64,000 nt of DNA from Candidatus Poribacteria bacterium (GCA_963663765.2 CAXXUA010000003.1:160001-224000); one strand, 5' to 3'. Positions 39,839 through 50,345 are shown, counted from the stretch's first letter. Numbers and translations: made by a program. Notes: generated by a model not told the origin, from the sequence alone.

Positions 39839-41960
39839 AAAAATATTACTCTTACTTGTGGTTTTGATTATAGCAGTAGTTGGTGTTGTAGTCTTTTTCA
39901 TCTCTCGTCCGCAACCTGAGGAATTGCTCCCACAAACATTCGCGGAGCTACCTGAAAAACCTAAACTCATCGCGGAATTTCATCACGGTGCCACACTTGA
40001 TTCTGATGGGATTGCTCCAGGTGCTCCAGAAGGTTTTTCTGTTGCAGACGCTAGACCGATTTATTCTGTTGCATTTTCCCCAGTAGATGCTTCTCTCGTA
40101 GCAAGTATCAATGGAGGCGGGTCCATAAATTTGTGGAACATAAACAACACAAAAAAACCAATAAGAACTCTTAAACATCCTGGAATATTTCAAAACATAA
40201 GTTTTTCACCCACAGGAGAACTACTTGCAAGTGCAGGTTCCGGAAAGTTAATATTTTGGGATGTTCCTTCAGGTAAGAAAGTCAGTACCCTTGAGAATGC
40301 TTCCATACAATTTGCTTTTTCACCAGATGGAAAACAACTTGCGACACTTCGTAGTAAAGAAAAAGGAATACATGAAGTGTTTGTGAAAATCTGGGATATC
40401 CAGAATCCAAAGAATATAAAAGAAATCGCATCCCTTTATAAATCACCTGAAGTAATAGGTTATGCATGTGCAGTTGACATTTCATCAGATGGTAAATGGA
40501 TTGCTGTTGGAGATGTCTACGGAACAATTAATGTATGGAACTTGCCTTCACAGCAGTTGGTAAAATCTATAGAAACACCTCTGTATTCAATGGATTATGT
40601 GAAATTTTCACCTAACAATAAATGTATGGTCGCAGGAGGCCGTGAGATGGGCATGTATAAATCTCTACGTATGAACGGATATATTATGTGGGAATTACCG
40701 AGTTGGCAACGCAAAGGCACGGTATTACGCGGATTTGATGAGAATTTGGTGTTCTCCCCGGATGGAAGAATGTGTGTGGGGTCTAATGATTATTATCGTT
40801 TTGGAAGAGGTGTAGAAATCTGGTCAACTGCTAATGGCGAACCAATTGCATCATTACAAATTGAAGCAATGGATGTTTCGTTCTCACAAGATGGAAAACT
40901 TCTCACCACTGGCAATAAAGATGGTATTGTACAGGTGTGGGAACTCACACAGTCGCAATTAGACATTGATAAAATCCGTAATGATGTTGTTCGATTAATT
41001 TACTACCTACCGAAAGATAAAGAACCCGCTCCAAACATTACACAAAAAATAGAGAAAACAATAAGAGAGGTTCAAAAGCACTACGCGGATGAGATGGAAC
41101 GGCACGGATTCGGCAGAAAAACATTTACGTTTGAAACTGATGAGAATGGAAAGGCGAAGATATACCGCATGACAGAAAATCAAGCCGAAAGACATGATTT
41201 GCAGTTGAATGATAACTGGCTTATTTTTGTTGACAAAAATAACGATCTCCAGTCTGTTCTTACTGATAACCTAACAAAACGGATTAAATCAGCTCTAACT
41301 GAACGTAGTATTCATCATTATAATGAAAATTTTGTATATCCTACAAGAAAAATGAATATGGCAAATGGCAAAATTTGGATGGGGTTTATTGAGGGATCCG
41401 TTGGAGATGGTGAGATTGTCTCTGCTACAAAGAAGGATTTTGATTGGAAGATAACAGCATACACACTTAAGCATTCGTTTGGGATAATTCATCAGAATCA
41501 TCGTTCGCTTGAGATTGAGCGAAACGGAGTTAAACGACTTTTCAAACGTATAAACAGAATGATGCCATGGGGTAAAGGTTGGGTGAAACTGTCCAAGTGT
41601 GAAGCAGAATGGTTGGATAAGAGTCGTTTCTTTAATCCGATTCACACTTACTTTGACAAACGACCAGAAATTGAGATCTCTGAATTAAAAATTGCTACTG
41701 ACTCGCTACATTTTCAATTTAACGCTGCAGATGAAGATGGAATACATCAACTCTTGCTGTTTGTACCTAAGGATATAGATAATCTATATCGGATAAACAA
41801 GCTTCATGGTTGTCAAACTCTAAACGGTCAAAAGAAGGGTACCGTTGAATTTGAAGTAGCCAATTCCAACATAAAAAAGGGTGAAATTCGCATGATTGAT
41901 ATGCATGGAAATATCGCATCACGAGAATTCTGGATTGAGGAAAAAACGGATGAAAAATAA
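39828..41960 (+). CDS. TM-WD40-degenerate metallopeptidase-like protein, array copy 5
   Basis: Same architecture. Confidence 0.88.
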   Translation: MKNKKILLLLVVLIIAVVGVVVFFISRPQPEELLPQTFAELPEKPKLIAEFHHGATLDSDGIAPGAPEGFSVADARPIYSVAFSPVDASLVASINGGGSINLWNINNTKKPIRTLKHPGIFQNISFSPTGELLASAGSGKLIFWDVPSGKKVSTLENASIQFAFSPDGKQLATLRSKEKGIHEVFVKIWDIQNPKNIKEIASLYKSPEVIGYACAVDISSDGKWIAVGDVYGTINVWNLPSQQLVKSIETPLYSMDYVKFSPNNKCMVAGGREMGMYKSLRMNGYIMWELPSWQRKGTVLRGFDENLVFSPDGRMCVGSNDYYRFGRGVEIWSTANGEPIASLQIEAMDVSFSQDGKLLTTGNKDGIVQVWELTQSQLDIDKIRNDVVRLIYYLPKDKEPAPNITQKIEKTIREVQKHYADEMERHGFGRKTFTFETDENGKAKIYRMTENQAERHDLQLNDNWLIFVDKNNDLQSVLTDNLTKRIKSALTERSIHHYNENFVYPTRKMNMANGKIWMGFIEGSVGDGEIVSATKKDFDWKITAYTLKHSFGIIHQNHRSLEIERNGVKRLFKRINRMMPWGKGWVKLSKCEAEWLDKSRFFNPIHTYFDKRPEIEISELKIATDSLHFQFNAADEDGIHQLLLFVPKDIDNLYRINKLHGCQTLNGQKKGTVEFEVANSNIKKGEIRMIDMHGNIASREFWIEEKTDEK

Positions 41961-43962
41961 AAAAATATTACTCTTACTCATGGTTTTGGTTATAGCAGTT
42001 GTTGGTGTCGTAGTCTTTTTTATCTCTCGTCCACAATCTGAAGAATTGCTTCCACAGACATTCGCTGAGCTGCCAGAAAAACCTAAACTCATTGCGATAT
42101 TTAATCACGCATCAGAAATTGATGATGACGCAAATAAACCAATAGATTTATTTCTTAGAGAGGTTTATTCTGTTTCGTTTTCTCCAGTAGATGCTTCTCT
42201 CATAGCGAGTGTCAATGGAGCCGGTAAAATAAAGTTATGGAACACAAATAACTCAAAAGAACCTATAAATATTTTAGATCATCCCGATAAATACCCCTCC
42301 ATCGGTTTCTCACCCACAGGTAAATTTCTCGTGAGTGCTAAATGGAAACTGATATTATGGGATGTTGCATCCGGCAAAAAAGTCAGTACCCTTGATACAT
42401 CTTACAATCAATTCGCTTTCTCTCCAGATGGACAACAACTTGCAACAGTTCCATTTAATGAAGTTAAACTCTGGGATATACGAAATCCAAAGAATATTGT
42501 TGAAATAGCCACCCTACCTTATGACGAGGCACATAAGGTGAAAGGTTGGGCATGTGCAGTTGACATTTCGTCCGATGGTAAATGGATCGCGGCGGGATAT
42601 TCACAAGGAACTATAAACGTATGGGATTTAAGGACCAAACAACTTGTCAAAACTTTAGAAACATCTTTTTATGAAATGGATTATCTAAAGTTTTCACCTA
42701 ACAACAAATATATGGTTAGTGGTGGTCATAAACAGGACATGTATAGTACTGCAAATCCGAAGGGTTACATTATGTGGGAAACGCCAAGTTGGCAACAGAA
42801 GGGCGAGGTACTACGCGGACATGTCGAAAATCTGGCATTCTCCCCTGATGGAAAGATATGTGTCAGTTCTAATGATCAATATGTTTCAGGAAGAGGTGGC
42901 GTAGAACTCTGGTCAACAACCAACGGTGCACCTATAACCTCATTACCAATAGGAGCTCGTGATGCTGCTTTTTCTAAAGATGGAAATCTACTCGTTGTTG
43001 GAGAAATATATGGTGCAGTCAGATTGTGGAAACTTACCCCGAAACATTTTGATCTAACCACAACACCTTCCGATATTGTACGAATAATCTACTGTCTGGC
43101 AAAAGATAAAGAGCCCCCACCAAATATCGTAGACAAAATTGATCGAACAATTAGAGATGTTCAAGATTTCTACGCAGATGAGATGGAACGCCACGGATTC
43201 GGCAGAAAAACATTTAAGTTTGAAACAGATGAAAATGGAAAAGCCAAGGTTTATCTTCTCAAAGAAAGTCAAACTGAAAAGTTTGACTTGTCAAACGATT
43301 GTTGGCTTGCCATTGAAGATGACACATCAGGTGTTTTCTCAAATTTTTATAAATTAATAAAAAAAGCAGGTATTAATGAGACTTTTCAGTACCCAGACAG
43401 TAGAACCATAAGAAGCAAAAATATTGAAGGATTTACCCATGGGAAACTTGTTTATGCCTCAGTTAAAGACCTAAAACGGAAACCACTTGCGTATGCTCTC
43501 AGAAATGGTTTAGGTTTACCATATATTCCATATAGACCTCATTCAAGACTTCTAAAAGATTTTCATTTCCTTATGCGTGATGTGATGTCGTGGAGAAAAA
43601 AGAAAGCAAAATTGTCCAAATGTGAAGCAGAATGGTTGGATAAGAGTCGTCACTTTAATCCAAACCAACCTTTCTTTGACAAACACCCTAAGATTGAGAT
43701 AGATATATCAAAACGAGATGCTTCAGGCTCACGGATTTTCCAATTTACGCTTGAAGATGAAGATGGTATACATCAAGCACAGTTGTTTATACCTATAGAT
43801 CCTAAAATGCAACGAGGAGGAGGTAAGAAACTTCACAATTGTCAAGCACTAAACGGAAAAAAGAAAGCAACTATTACATTCAAAATATCTAATCTCACAA
43901 CAGGGACTATTGTACTTCGCATGATTGATATGCATGGAAATATTGCATCACGAGAATTCTAA
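41950..43962 (+). CDS. TM-WD40-degenerate metallopeptidase-like protein, array copy 6
   Basis: Same architecture; ends 9 codons early (TAA where copies 4/5 have TGG). Confidence 0.88.
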   Translation: MKNKKILLLLMVLVIAVVGVVVFFISRPQSEELLPQTFAELPEKPKLIAIFNHASEIDDDANKPIDLFLREVYSVSFSPVDASLIASVNGAGKIKLWNTNNSKEPINILDHPDKYPSIGFSPTGKFLVSAKWKLILWDVASGKKVSTLDTSYNQFAFSPDGQQLATVPFNEVKLWDIRNPKNIVEIATLPYDEAHKVKGWACAVDISSDGKWIAAGYSQGTINVWDLRTKQLVKTLETSFYEMDYLKFSPNNKYMVSGGHKQDMYSTANPKGYIMWETPSWQQKGEVLRGHVENLAFSPDGKICVSSNDQYVSGRGGVELWSTTNGAPITSLPIGARDAAFSKDGNLLVVGEIYGAVRLWKLTPKHFDLTTTPSDIVRIIYCLAKDKEPPPNIVDKIDRTIRDVQDFYADEMERHGFGRKTFKFETDENGKAKVYLLKESQTEKFDLSNDCWLAIEDDTSGVFSNFYKLIKKAGINETFQYPDSRTIRSKNIEGFTHGKLVYASVKDLKRKPLAYALRNGLGLPYIPYRPHSRLLKDFHFLMRDVMSWRKKKAKLSKCEAEWLDKSRHFNPNQPFFDKHPKIEIDISKRDASGSRIFQFTLEDEDGIHQAQLFIPIDPKMQRGGGKKLHNCQALNGKKKATITFKISNLTTGTIVLRMIDMHGNIASREF

Positions 43963-43978
43963 ATTGAGGAAAAAACGG

Positions 43979-46066
43979 ATGAAAAATAAAAAAATATTAC
44001 TCTTACTCATGGTTTTGGTTATAACAGTGGTTGGTGTTGCAGTCTTTTTCATCTCTCGTCCGCACCATGAGGAATTGCTTCCACAGACATTCGCGGAGCT
44101 GCCTGAAAAGCCTAAACTCATCGCGGAATTTCATCACGGTGCAACGCGTAATTCTGCAGCGATTTACCCAGATCGTTTTTCTCATGATGTGGCTTTAGCA
44201 ATTTATTCAATCGCATTTTCTCCAGTAGATTTCTCTCTGATAGCAAGTGTTAATGGAGCTGGCACTATAAAATTATGGAACATAAACAATACCAAAGAAT
44301 CTGTAAAGATCTTAGGTCATCCTGGAATATTTCCAAACATAGATTTTTCACCCACAGGTGAACTACTTGCAAGTGCTGGCTATGAAACACTTACAATATG
44401 GGATGTTGACTCTGGGAAAAAAATAAAATCTCCAATAACTGTCAGACGGCAGGTCGCTTTTACACCAGATGGCAACCATTTAGTAACAGTTCATAAGGGA
44501 GTAAAACTGTGGGATATTCGAAATCCAAAGAAAATTACGCAAATAGCCACTCTACCTTTTGACGAGGCACATAAGGTGAAAGGTTCGGCATGTGCAGTTG
44601 ACATTTCATCCGACGGTAAATGGATTGCTGTCGGATATTCCCAAGGAACTATAAACGTATGGGATTTAAAGACCAAACAATTTGTCAAAACATTAGAAAC
44701 ATCTTTTTTCAATATGGATTATCTAAAGTTTTCACCTAACGACAAATATATGGTAGCAGGAGGACTTGATTCGGAAGGGTATAGCAATCATTCTGTAAAG
44801 GGGTACATCATGTGGGAATTGCCAAGTTGGCAACGTAAGGGTGAAGTGCTTCGGGGAAATGTTGAGAATTTAGTGTTTTCTCCAGATGGGAAGATATGTG
44901 CTAGTGCGAATGACTATTCTGGTTACGGAAGAGGAGTAGAAATTTGGTCAACTGTGGACGGTGCACCAATTACATCGTTAAAAACTGAGGCAAAAACTGT
45001 TTCGTTTTCACAAGATGGGAAGCTACTCGCAACTGGGGATAGGGATGGTATCGTTCGAATGTGGGAACTCACACATACACAAGTGGATTTAGCTAACGAC
45101 AAGAATAATCTCGTGAGATTAATATACTTCCTTCCAACAGGTAAAGAACCGTCTCCAAACATTACACAAAAAATAGATAATACAATTAGGAGGGTTCAAA
45201 AGCACTACGCTGATGAGATGGAACGGCACGGATTCAGCAGAAAAACATTTAGGTTTGAGACAGATGAAAATGGCAAAGCAAAGATATATCGCATGTATGA
45301 AAATCATTTCAATAATCATGATTTTCAGTTGAACGATAGATGGATTATTTTTGTAGATGAACATACCGATTTACAGTCTGGTGGAAAAAACTTGTTAAAA
45401 CTTTACAGATCAGTTCCATATACAAATCCTTTTCGTCTTTTTGAAAATTCATTTAAATATCCTAATAAGGAGATGCGTCAGATTAACGGTGTCTTAGGTA
45501 AAGGCAGGTTGGTCCGCGCAAAAAAGAAGGACTTTAATTGGAAATTGATAGCATACTCACTTAAGCATAAGTTTGACGTATTACATCGGGAACATCATTT
45601 ACCTAAGTATGAACCCAACGCTATTAAAAGGGTTTTCAAGGGTATTAACAAGATGATGCCATGGGGTGAAGATTGGGTGAAATTATCCAAATGTGAAGCA
45701 GAATGGCTGGATAAGAGTCGTTTCTTCAACCCAAACCAACCTTTCTTTGATAAACGACCAGATGTTGAAATGAACATAATAAAAACTGATACTGGTTCAC
45801 AAAAATTCCAGTTAACTGCATCTGATGATGATGGAATACATCAACTTCAACTGTTTGTCACTGAGAAATCAGAAAAACACTATAGGTTATACAAACTTCA
45901 AGGGTGTCAAGCACTAAACGGTAAAAGGAATGCAGACATTGAATTCGAAATATCTGATTCTAAAATAACAGGGGGTGAAATTCGAATGATGGACATGTAT
46001 GGAAACATTGCATCACGAGAATTCAATATTGAGGAGTTCACATCAGAACCAGATAAAGAACAGTAG
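43979..46066 (+). CDS. TM-WD40-degenerate metallopeptidase-like protein, array copy 7
   Basis: Same architecture; unique C-terminus EEFTSEPDKEQ. Confidence 0.88.
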   Translation: MKNKKILLLLMVLVITVVGVAVFFISRPHHEELLPQTFAELPEKPKLIAEFHHGATRNSAAIYPDRFSHDVALAIYSIAFSPVDFSLIASVNGAGTIKLWNINNTKESVKILGHPGIFPNIDFSPTGELLASAGYETLTIWDVDSGKKIKSPITVRRQVAFTPDGNHLVTVHKGVKLWDIRNPKKITQIATLPFDEAHKVKGSACAVDISSDGKWIAVGYSQGTINVWDLKTKQFVKTLETSFFNMDYLKFSPNDKYMVAGGLDSEGYSNHSVKGYIMWELPSWQRKGEVLRGNVENLVFSPDGKICASANDYSGYGRGVEIWSTVDGAPITSLKTEAKTVSFSQDGKLLATGDRDGIVRMWELTHTQVDLANDKNNLVRLIYFLPTGKEPSPNITQKIDNTIRRVQKHYADEMERHGFSRKTFRFETDENGKAKIYRMYENHFNNHDFQLNDRWIIFVDEHTDLQSGGKNLLKLYRSVPYTNPFRLFENSFKYPNKEMRQINGVLGKGRLVRAKKKDFNWKLIAYSLKHKFDVLHREHHLPKYEPNAIKRVFKGINKMMPWGEDWVKLSKCEAEWLDKSRFFNPNQPFFDKRPDVEMNIIKTDTGSQKFQLTASDDDGIHQLQLFVTEKSEKHYRLYKLQGCQALNGKRNADIEFEISDSKITGGEIRMMDMYGNIASREFNIEEFTSEPDKEQ

Positions 46067-46088
46067 AACACACAAGAAAGGAGAACAG

Positions 46089-46601
46089 ATGTCCAAAAAA
46101 GTAGCAATCTTCCCTGCAAGTTTTGACCCAATCACACTCGGTCATGTGGATTTGATTGATAGGGTCTGCAAACTTGACGTTTTTGATGAACTCATCGTCG
46201 TTATCGGTGTGAACCCAGCAAAACAGGAACGATTCACGATTGAAGAACGTATCCAGATGCTTGAAGAGGTTATCAAACCCTATCCGAAAGCCACTATTGA
46301 GGGAGATGCTGGGTTGATGGTGCATTATGCGCAAACACGCGGGGCATGTGTCATCATTCGCGGACTACGCGAAATCTCTGACTTTGAATGGGAATTCAAA
46401 ATGGCACGGATGAATCAGCAAATTGCACCAGAGATTGATACGCTCTTTATGGTCGCTAACAAACAATACGCACATATTAGCTCAACGCTTGTGATGGAGG
46501 TCGTTGAAATGGGACAGGGCAAGTTAAGTGAAGAGAAGTTGTTAGAAATGGTACCACCCGTTGTCGTTGAATTTATCAAGCAGAAGTTTCATGTGCAGTA
46601 A
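46089..46601 (+). CDS. coaD: Phosphopantetheine adenylyltransferase
   Basis: AIFPASFDPITLGHVDLI, IIRGLREISDFEWE, ISSTLV; AGGAG RBS before ATG 46089. Confidence 0.95.
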   Translation: MSKKVAIFPASFDPITLGHVDLIDRVCKLDVFDELIVVIGVNPAKQERFTIEERIQMLEEVIKPYPKATIEGDAGLMVHYAQTRGACVIIRGLREISDFEWEFKMARMNQQIAPEIDTLFMVANKQYAHISSTLVMEVVEMGQGKLSEEKLLEMVPPVVVEFIKQKFHVQ

Positions 46602-46602
46602 A

Positions 46603-46629
46603 TGTAGACACGGTTGAACAGCGTCTACA
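46603..46629. terminator. GTAG-type hairpin between convergent coaD and TonB receptor genes
   Basis: tgtagacacggttgaacagcgtctaca imperfect inverted repeat. Confidence 0.4.
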
Positions 46630-46640
46630 AAATTGGATAT

Positions 46641-49004
46641 TTAGAACCTATAGTCTAAACTAATACTTGTGTTGAATCCCGGGGAATTCACACCTGACCC
46701 GTGTACACGGTAGCGGCGATCAAATAGATTTTCAAATGCTAATGTCAAACGAGTGTACTCTTGAAGTTTTATTCCTGTCCGCACATTGAACGTCCACCAT
46801 CCAGGTGTGCCAGCATCCACTGCAGCACCGTTGCCACCAAATTCTACTTCCGCAGGATCACGCGTCGATCCTTGAATCCGTGGGTCACGAATGTCGCTTC
46901 GGTTCAATCGTCTTTGTTCTGCGGCAGCACGTACAAACAGTGTTATCCAATAGTTTGTTTTCACAGGTTCCCACTGAACACCTACAATCCCATTCAACGG
47001 AGGTTCTCTACGTGTCCTTGCTTCCCAAGGTTTCTCTGGATCTGGTTCTACACCGTTAATCAGCAATACCTCCCCACGCAGCAAGGCAGCATTTCCATAA
47101 ATTGACCACGCAGAATCAATCGGAATGAACCCAGCTAATTCAACACCTTGAAACTGTGCTTCATCAACATTGTCAAACACAAGCACATCAATCCCTTCGT
47201 ATTCATTGATAAGGTCTTGATGGAATTGCGGAATCTCACCATCTTCATAAGCCTCTTGAACAGTTCTTCGTGCAACTAAACCGTTCACCCGACTATGGAA
47301 TAACGTTAGTGTACCGCGAAAGTGTGAATGTCTAACCTTGAGTCCACCCTCAACAGTCCACGAAGTCTCTGGATCAAGGTCAGGACTGGGTGCGGTAACA
47401 CCTTCGTTAGTGACTTCAACTGCTGTCGTATCATTCAGCGAGGGTGCGCGAAACGCTGTACCGATATTACCAACAAGGTTCAACGAATCAGTCAAACCAA
47501 CAACAACCCCTGCACTTCCTGTCAAACTGCTGTCAAATTCGTTGAATTCTTCAAAATCTTCAGTGCGTATGGAAAGGTCCGCATTGGTCTGATAAAGTGT
47601 TGCGCGCCCACCGAGTGTCAATTCTACTCTATCATGTAAAGTAATTTCATCTTGTAGATACAGACTCGCATCCCAGAATTGTGAACCGTCGATAAAACGT
47701 CCAATATCTGTATTAACAGTTTCGTTCCCCAGCGCATCAGTTCGGACGGTATGACTCTGCAGTATATCCAAGTAGAATTCACCACCGCCGACAATACGTT
47801 GCCGAGGCAACACAGAACTAACCGCTTGTGCACTTACGCCGATAGTATTTACAGTATCGTTTCTATGTCTACGATTTTCCGAATCCTGCAGAACTTCGTT
47901 GCGTCCCTCTTCTTGTCTGTGATAAGAGGCAGTCATACGAAACTGGTCAATAGTATCACCATCAGGATTAGTCAGATAGTTGACATAAAAGAGGTCCCGA
48001 TTTTGCGGTTCAAAAAAGAATTCGTCAAACTCCTGTGGTGCAATTTTATCATAGCGAGGTGTCTGCGGTTGTCGCCACAACTGATAAGCCACACTAAGAG
48101 TGCTATTATCGTTGAGTAGATACGCAATTTTCGCATCGGCATCGTAGGCACGCCAACTCAATGGACCTTCATCATCAATCAGCCATTGATCCGGAATATC
48201 TTCCTGAATCAACCTATCAATCTCATTGTAGTTATAGAGATCCACATCAAACGGTTTTTCACTCACGATTTCATATTTCCGATTTTTGTAGTGTAGGTCA
48301 TATCCTCTTCCAGCATTTATATCGCCATAATGCCGCACACCGCCGCCGACACTGAATCCAAACTGCTTTTTGCTACCTGCAATCTCTAACCTACCGAGTC
48401 GTTCCTCTGTCGCAGTCGTGAAGCGAGAAAATAAACGTGGGTGAATCTCCCAGTTTTCTTGTAATGGGTTGAGCATTATGTCCTTCGTAAAGAAACTGAC
48501 AACTCCCCCCATCGCACCGCTTCCATACAACATAGAACTTGAACCGAGAAGCACCTCTGCGCGATCTATTATTTCTGGGGCGATGGTCGCTGTATACTGA
48601 TTCGGTCCGGATCGGAACGTTGAATTATTTAGTCGGACCCAGTCAACCTGTATCAACGTCTGGTAACCGGTTAGACTACGTAGCATCGGGGAACCTTGTC
48701 CGACTGTCGTCTCTTGTGCAATAACACCAACAACATCACGCAACAGGTTAGAACCGTGTTCTGCGTTTGACCGTTCAAGTTGCTTTAGATTTAGAACGCT
48801 GATAGCGTTTGGTGTTCTAAAAGTATCTTTTTCTACACGAGTGGCTGTCACTGTCACCTCTGGCAGTTCCACGACCTTTTCTTCACTGAGTTCCTGATTG
48901 TCAGTATGGTTATCCGCACACACAATCGCAATCCAGCTCGAAAATAAACCGAAACTTATAACCAAAAATAGATAAACAACTTTTTGCATTAAGATATTCT
49001 CCAT
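46641..49004 (-). CDS. TonB-dependent receptor
   Basis: Signal peptide, EVTVTATR TonB-box region, plug GSGAMGGVV, FRAPSL, ENLFDRRY, C-terminal DYRF. Confidence 0.92.
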   Translation of the reverse strand: MENILMQKVVYLFLVISFGLFSSWIAIVCADNHTDNQELSEEKVVELPEVTVTATRVEKDTFRTPNAISVLNLKQLERSNAEHGSNLLRDVVGVIAQETTVGQGSPMLRSLTGYQTLIQVDWVRLNNSTFRSGPNQYTATIAPEIIDRAEVLLGSSSMLYGSGAMGGVVSFFTKDIMLNPLQENWEIHPRLFSRFTTATEERLGRLEIAGSKKQFGFSVGGGVRHYGDINAGRGYDLHYKNRKYEIVSEKPFDVDLYNYNEIDRLIQEDIPDQWLIDDEGPLSWRAYDADAKIAYLLNDNSTLSVAYQLWRQPQTPRYDKIAPQEFDEFFFEPQNRDLFYVNYLTNPDGDTIDQFRMTASYHRQEEGRNEVLQDSENRRHRNDTVNTIGVSAQAVSSVLPRQRIVGGGEFYLDILQSHTVRTDALGNETVNTDIGRFIDGSQFWDASLYLQDEITLHDRVELTLGGRATLYQTNADLSIRTEDFEEFNEFDSSLTGSAGVVVGLTDSLNLVGNIGTAFRAPSLNDTTAVEVTNEGVTAPSPDLDPETSWTVEGGLKVRHSHFRGTLTLFHSRVNGLVARRTVQEAYEDGEIPQFHQDLINEYEGIDVLVFDNVDEAQFQGVELAGFIPIDSAWSIYGNAALLRGEVLLINGVEPDPEKPWEARTRREPPLNGIVGVQWEPVKTNYWITLFVRAAAEQRRLNRSDIRDPRIQGSTRDPAEVEFGGNGAAVDAGTPGWWTFNVRTGIKLQEYTRLTLAFENLFDRRYRVHGSGVNSPGFNTSISLDYRF

Positions 49005-49147
49005 TAGGACGATAAGTCATGCATTTATTACAAGTGTCGGGAAAGGATAATATTCTATCCTATTTCACCATACTATGCAAATTATATGCCAATAAAATCT
49101 GCAAAATGTTAGTGTTTTTCACACTTTCCTGTCATAATATAGACAGG

Positions 49148-49168
49148 ACTGTTCAATTGTTGAACAGT
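49148..49168. promoter_or_regulatory. Palindromic operator candidate in divergent promoter region
   Basis: ACTGTTCAA-ttg-TTGAACAGT perfect 9-3-9 inverted repeat. Confidence 0.45.
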
Positions 49169-49280
49169 AAGATATTTGGAACAGATAAATCCCTATCCGT
49201 TCAAACCGAAAAATTAATCACTTGCATTTTGTGATTGGTCGTGGTAACTTAAAACAAAAAGAATTGAATGAGGAACATTT

Positions 49281-50282
49281 ATGGCGAAACAGAAATTAAC
49301 ATTTGGATTTATCGGGTGTGGCGGAAATTCACGTGGACACGGACGTAGTGTCTCTGGTGTTGACAATGTAGAGATCGTGGCACTTGCAGACCCAAGCGAA
49401 AACGCGCTCAAAGCATTCAAGGAAACCGTCGGTTTAGACAATTCCATACCTACATACTCTGACCACGTTGAAATGTTAACCGAAGCAAAACCCGATGCTG
49501 TTGTCATCAGTTCACCGCACGGATTGCATTTCGATCATATCATGTCTGCACTTGATGCTGGCTGCCATGTGCATACCGAGAAACCGATGGTCTGCACGGT
49601 TGATCACGCAAAACAGGTAATAGCAAAAGTAGAAGAAACAGGTTTACATCTCATGATTGGCTACCAACGCCATTTGAGTCCTACCTATCAATACTGTCGT
49701 AATGTCGTCCAAAGTGGAGAACTTGGAAAAGTCAACTTTGTTGCTGCACATCAATCACAGAATTGGTATCGGAATCAGCAAGGTAAGTGGCGACAAGATC
49801 CATTCCTCGGCGGGGGTGGACAATTAAACGACTCTGGCAGCCATCTTATTGACATCCTCTTATGGGTGTTAGAAGCAAGTCCAGACACTGTCTATGCGAT
49901 GATAGACAACTTAGACATTGAGGTAGATGTACTCACTGCAATGTCCATCAAATTTGACACGGGTGCATTGTGCAATATCAGTATCGTTGGACACGCACAC
50001 GGTGGGGTTCAAGAAGACTTTTCCATCTGGATGGAGGACGGTGCACTATTTCTTCGCGCTGGAAAGTTGTACCGACAAGGAAAGGTTGGCAGACCGGAAC
50101 AGGTTGATGACGTTGAACTACCCAAAGGCGGAAACAAAGACGTTGCTTTTATTGAACTCATAAGGGGTGAACGAACAGAGAATCCAATCGGTGTTGAAAA
50201 CGGACTACGTGTCATTCAGTTAACAGAAGCTGCTTGGCAATCCGCTGACCTTGGAAGTCCTGTTAAAGTTGATCTCAGTTGA
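49281..50282 (+). CDS. Gfo/Idh/MocA family oxidoreductase
   Basis: FIGCGGNS, ISSPHGLH, HVHTEKPM, GGGQLNDSGSH. Confidence 0.92.
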   Translation: MAKQKLTFGFIGCGGNSRGHGRSVSGVDNVEIVALADPSENALKAFKETVGLDNSIPTYSDHVEMLTEAKPDAVVISSPHGLHFDHIMSALDAGCHVHTEKPMVCTVDHAKQVIAKVEETGLHLMIGYQRHLSPTYQYCRNVVQSGELGKVNFVAAHQSQNWYRNQQGKWRQDPFLGGGGQLNDSGSHLIDILLWVLEASPDTVYAMIDNLDIEVDVLTAMSIKFDTGALCNISIVGHAHGGVQEDFSIWMEDGALFLRAGKLYRQGKVGRPEQVDDVELPKGGNKDVAFIELIRGERTENPIGVENGLRVIQLTEAAWQSADLGSPVKVDLS

Positions 50283-50345
50283 ATTTATACCAAAGACAAC
50301 AAGCATCAATTTATAAGTTGAATCTGCAATCACTGGAGAATCCAA

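Noticed and set aside
30567-46066. Diversity-generating retroelement or shufflon driving the WD40 array
   Set aside because: No reverse transcriptase, no TR/VR pair with adenine-specific differences, no recombinase or inverted cassettes seen in the window
37766-46088. N-terminal extensions such as MICMEISHH... on array copies and coaD in the ORF track
   Set aside because: They are the alternate frame of the previous gene's conserved IDMHGNIASRE end; real starts are MKNKK and MSKK with RBS
49005-49280. Cobalamin or other riboswitch upstream of the TonB receptor
   Set aside because: No recognisable B12-box or other conserved riboswitch motif; region is AT-rich
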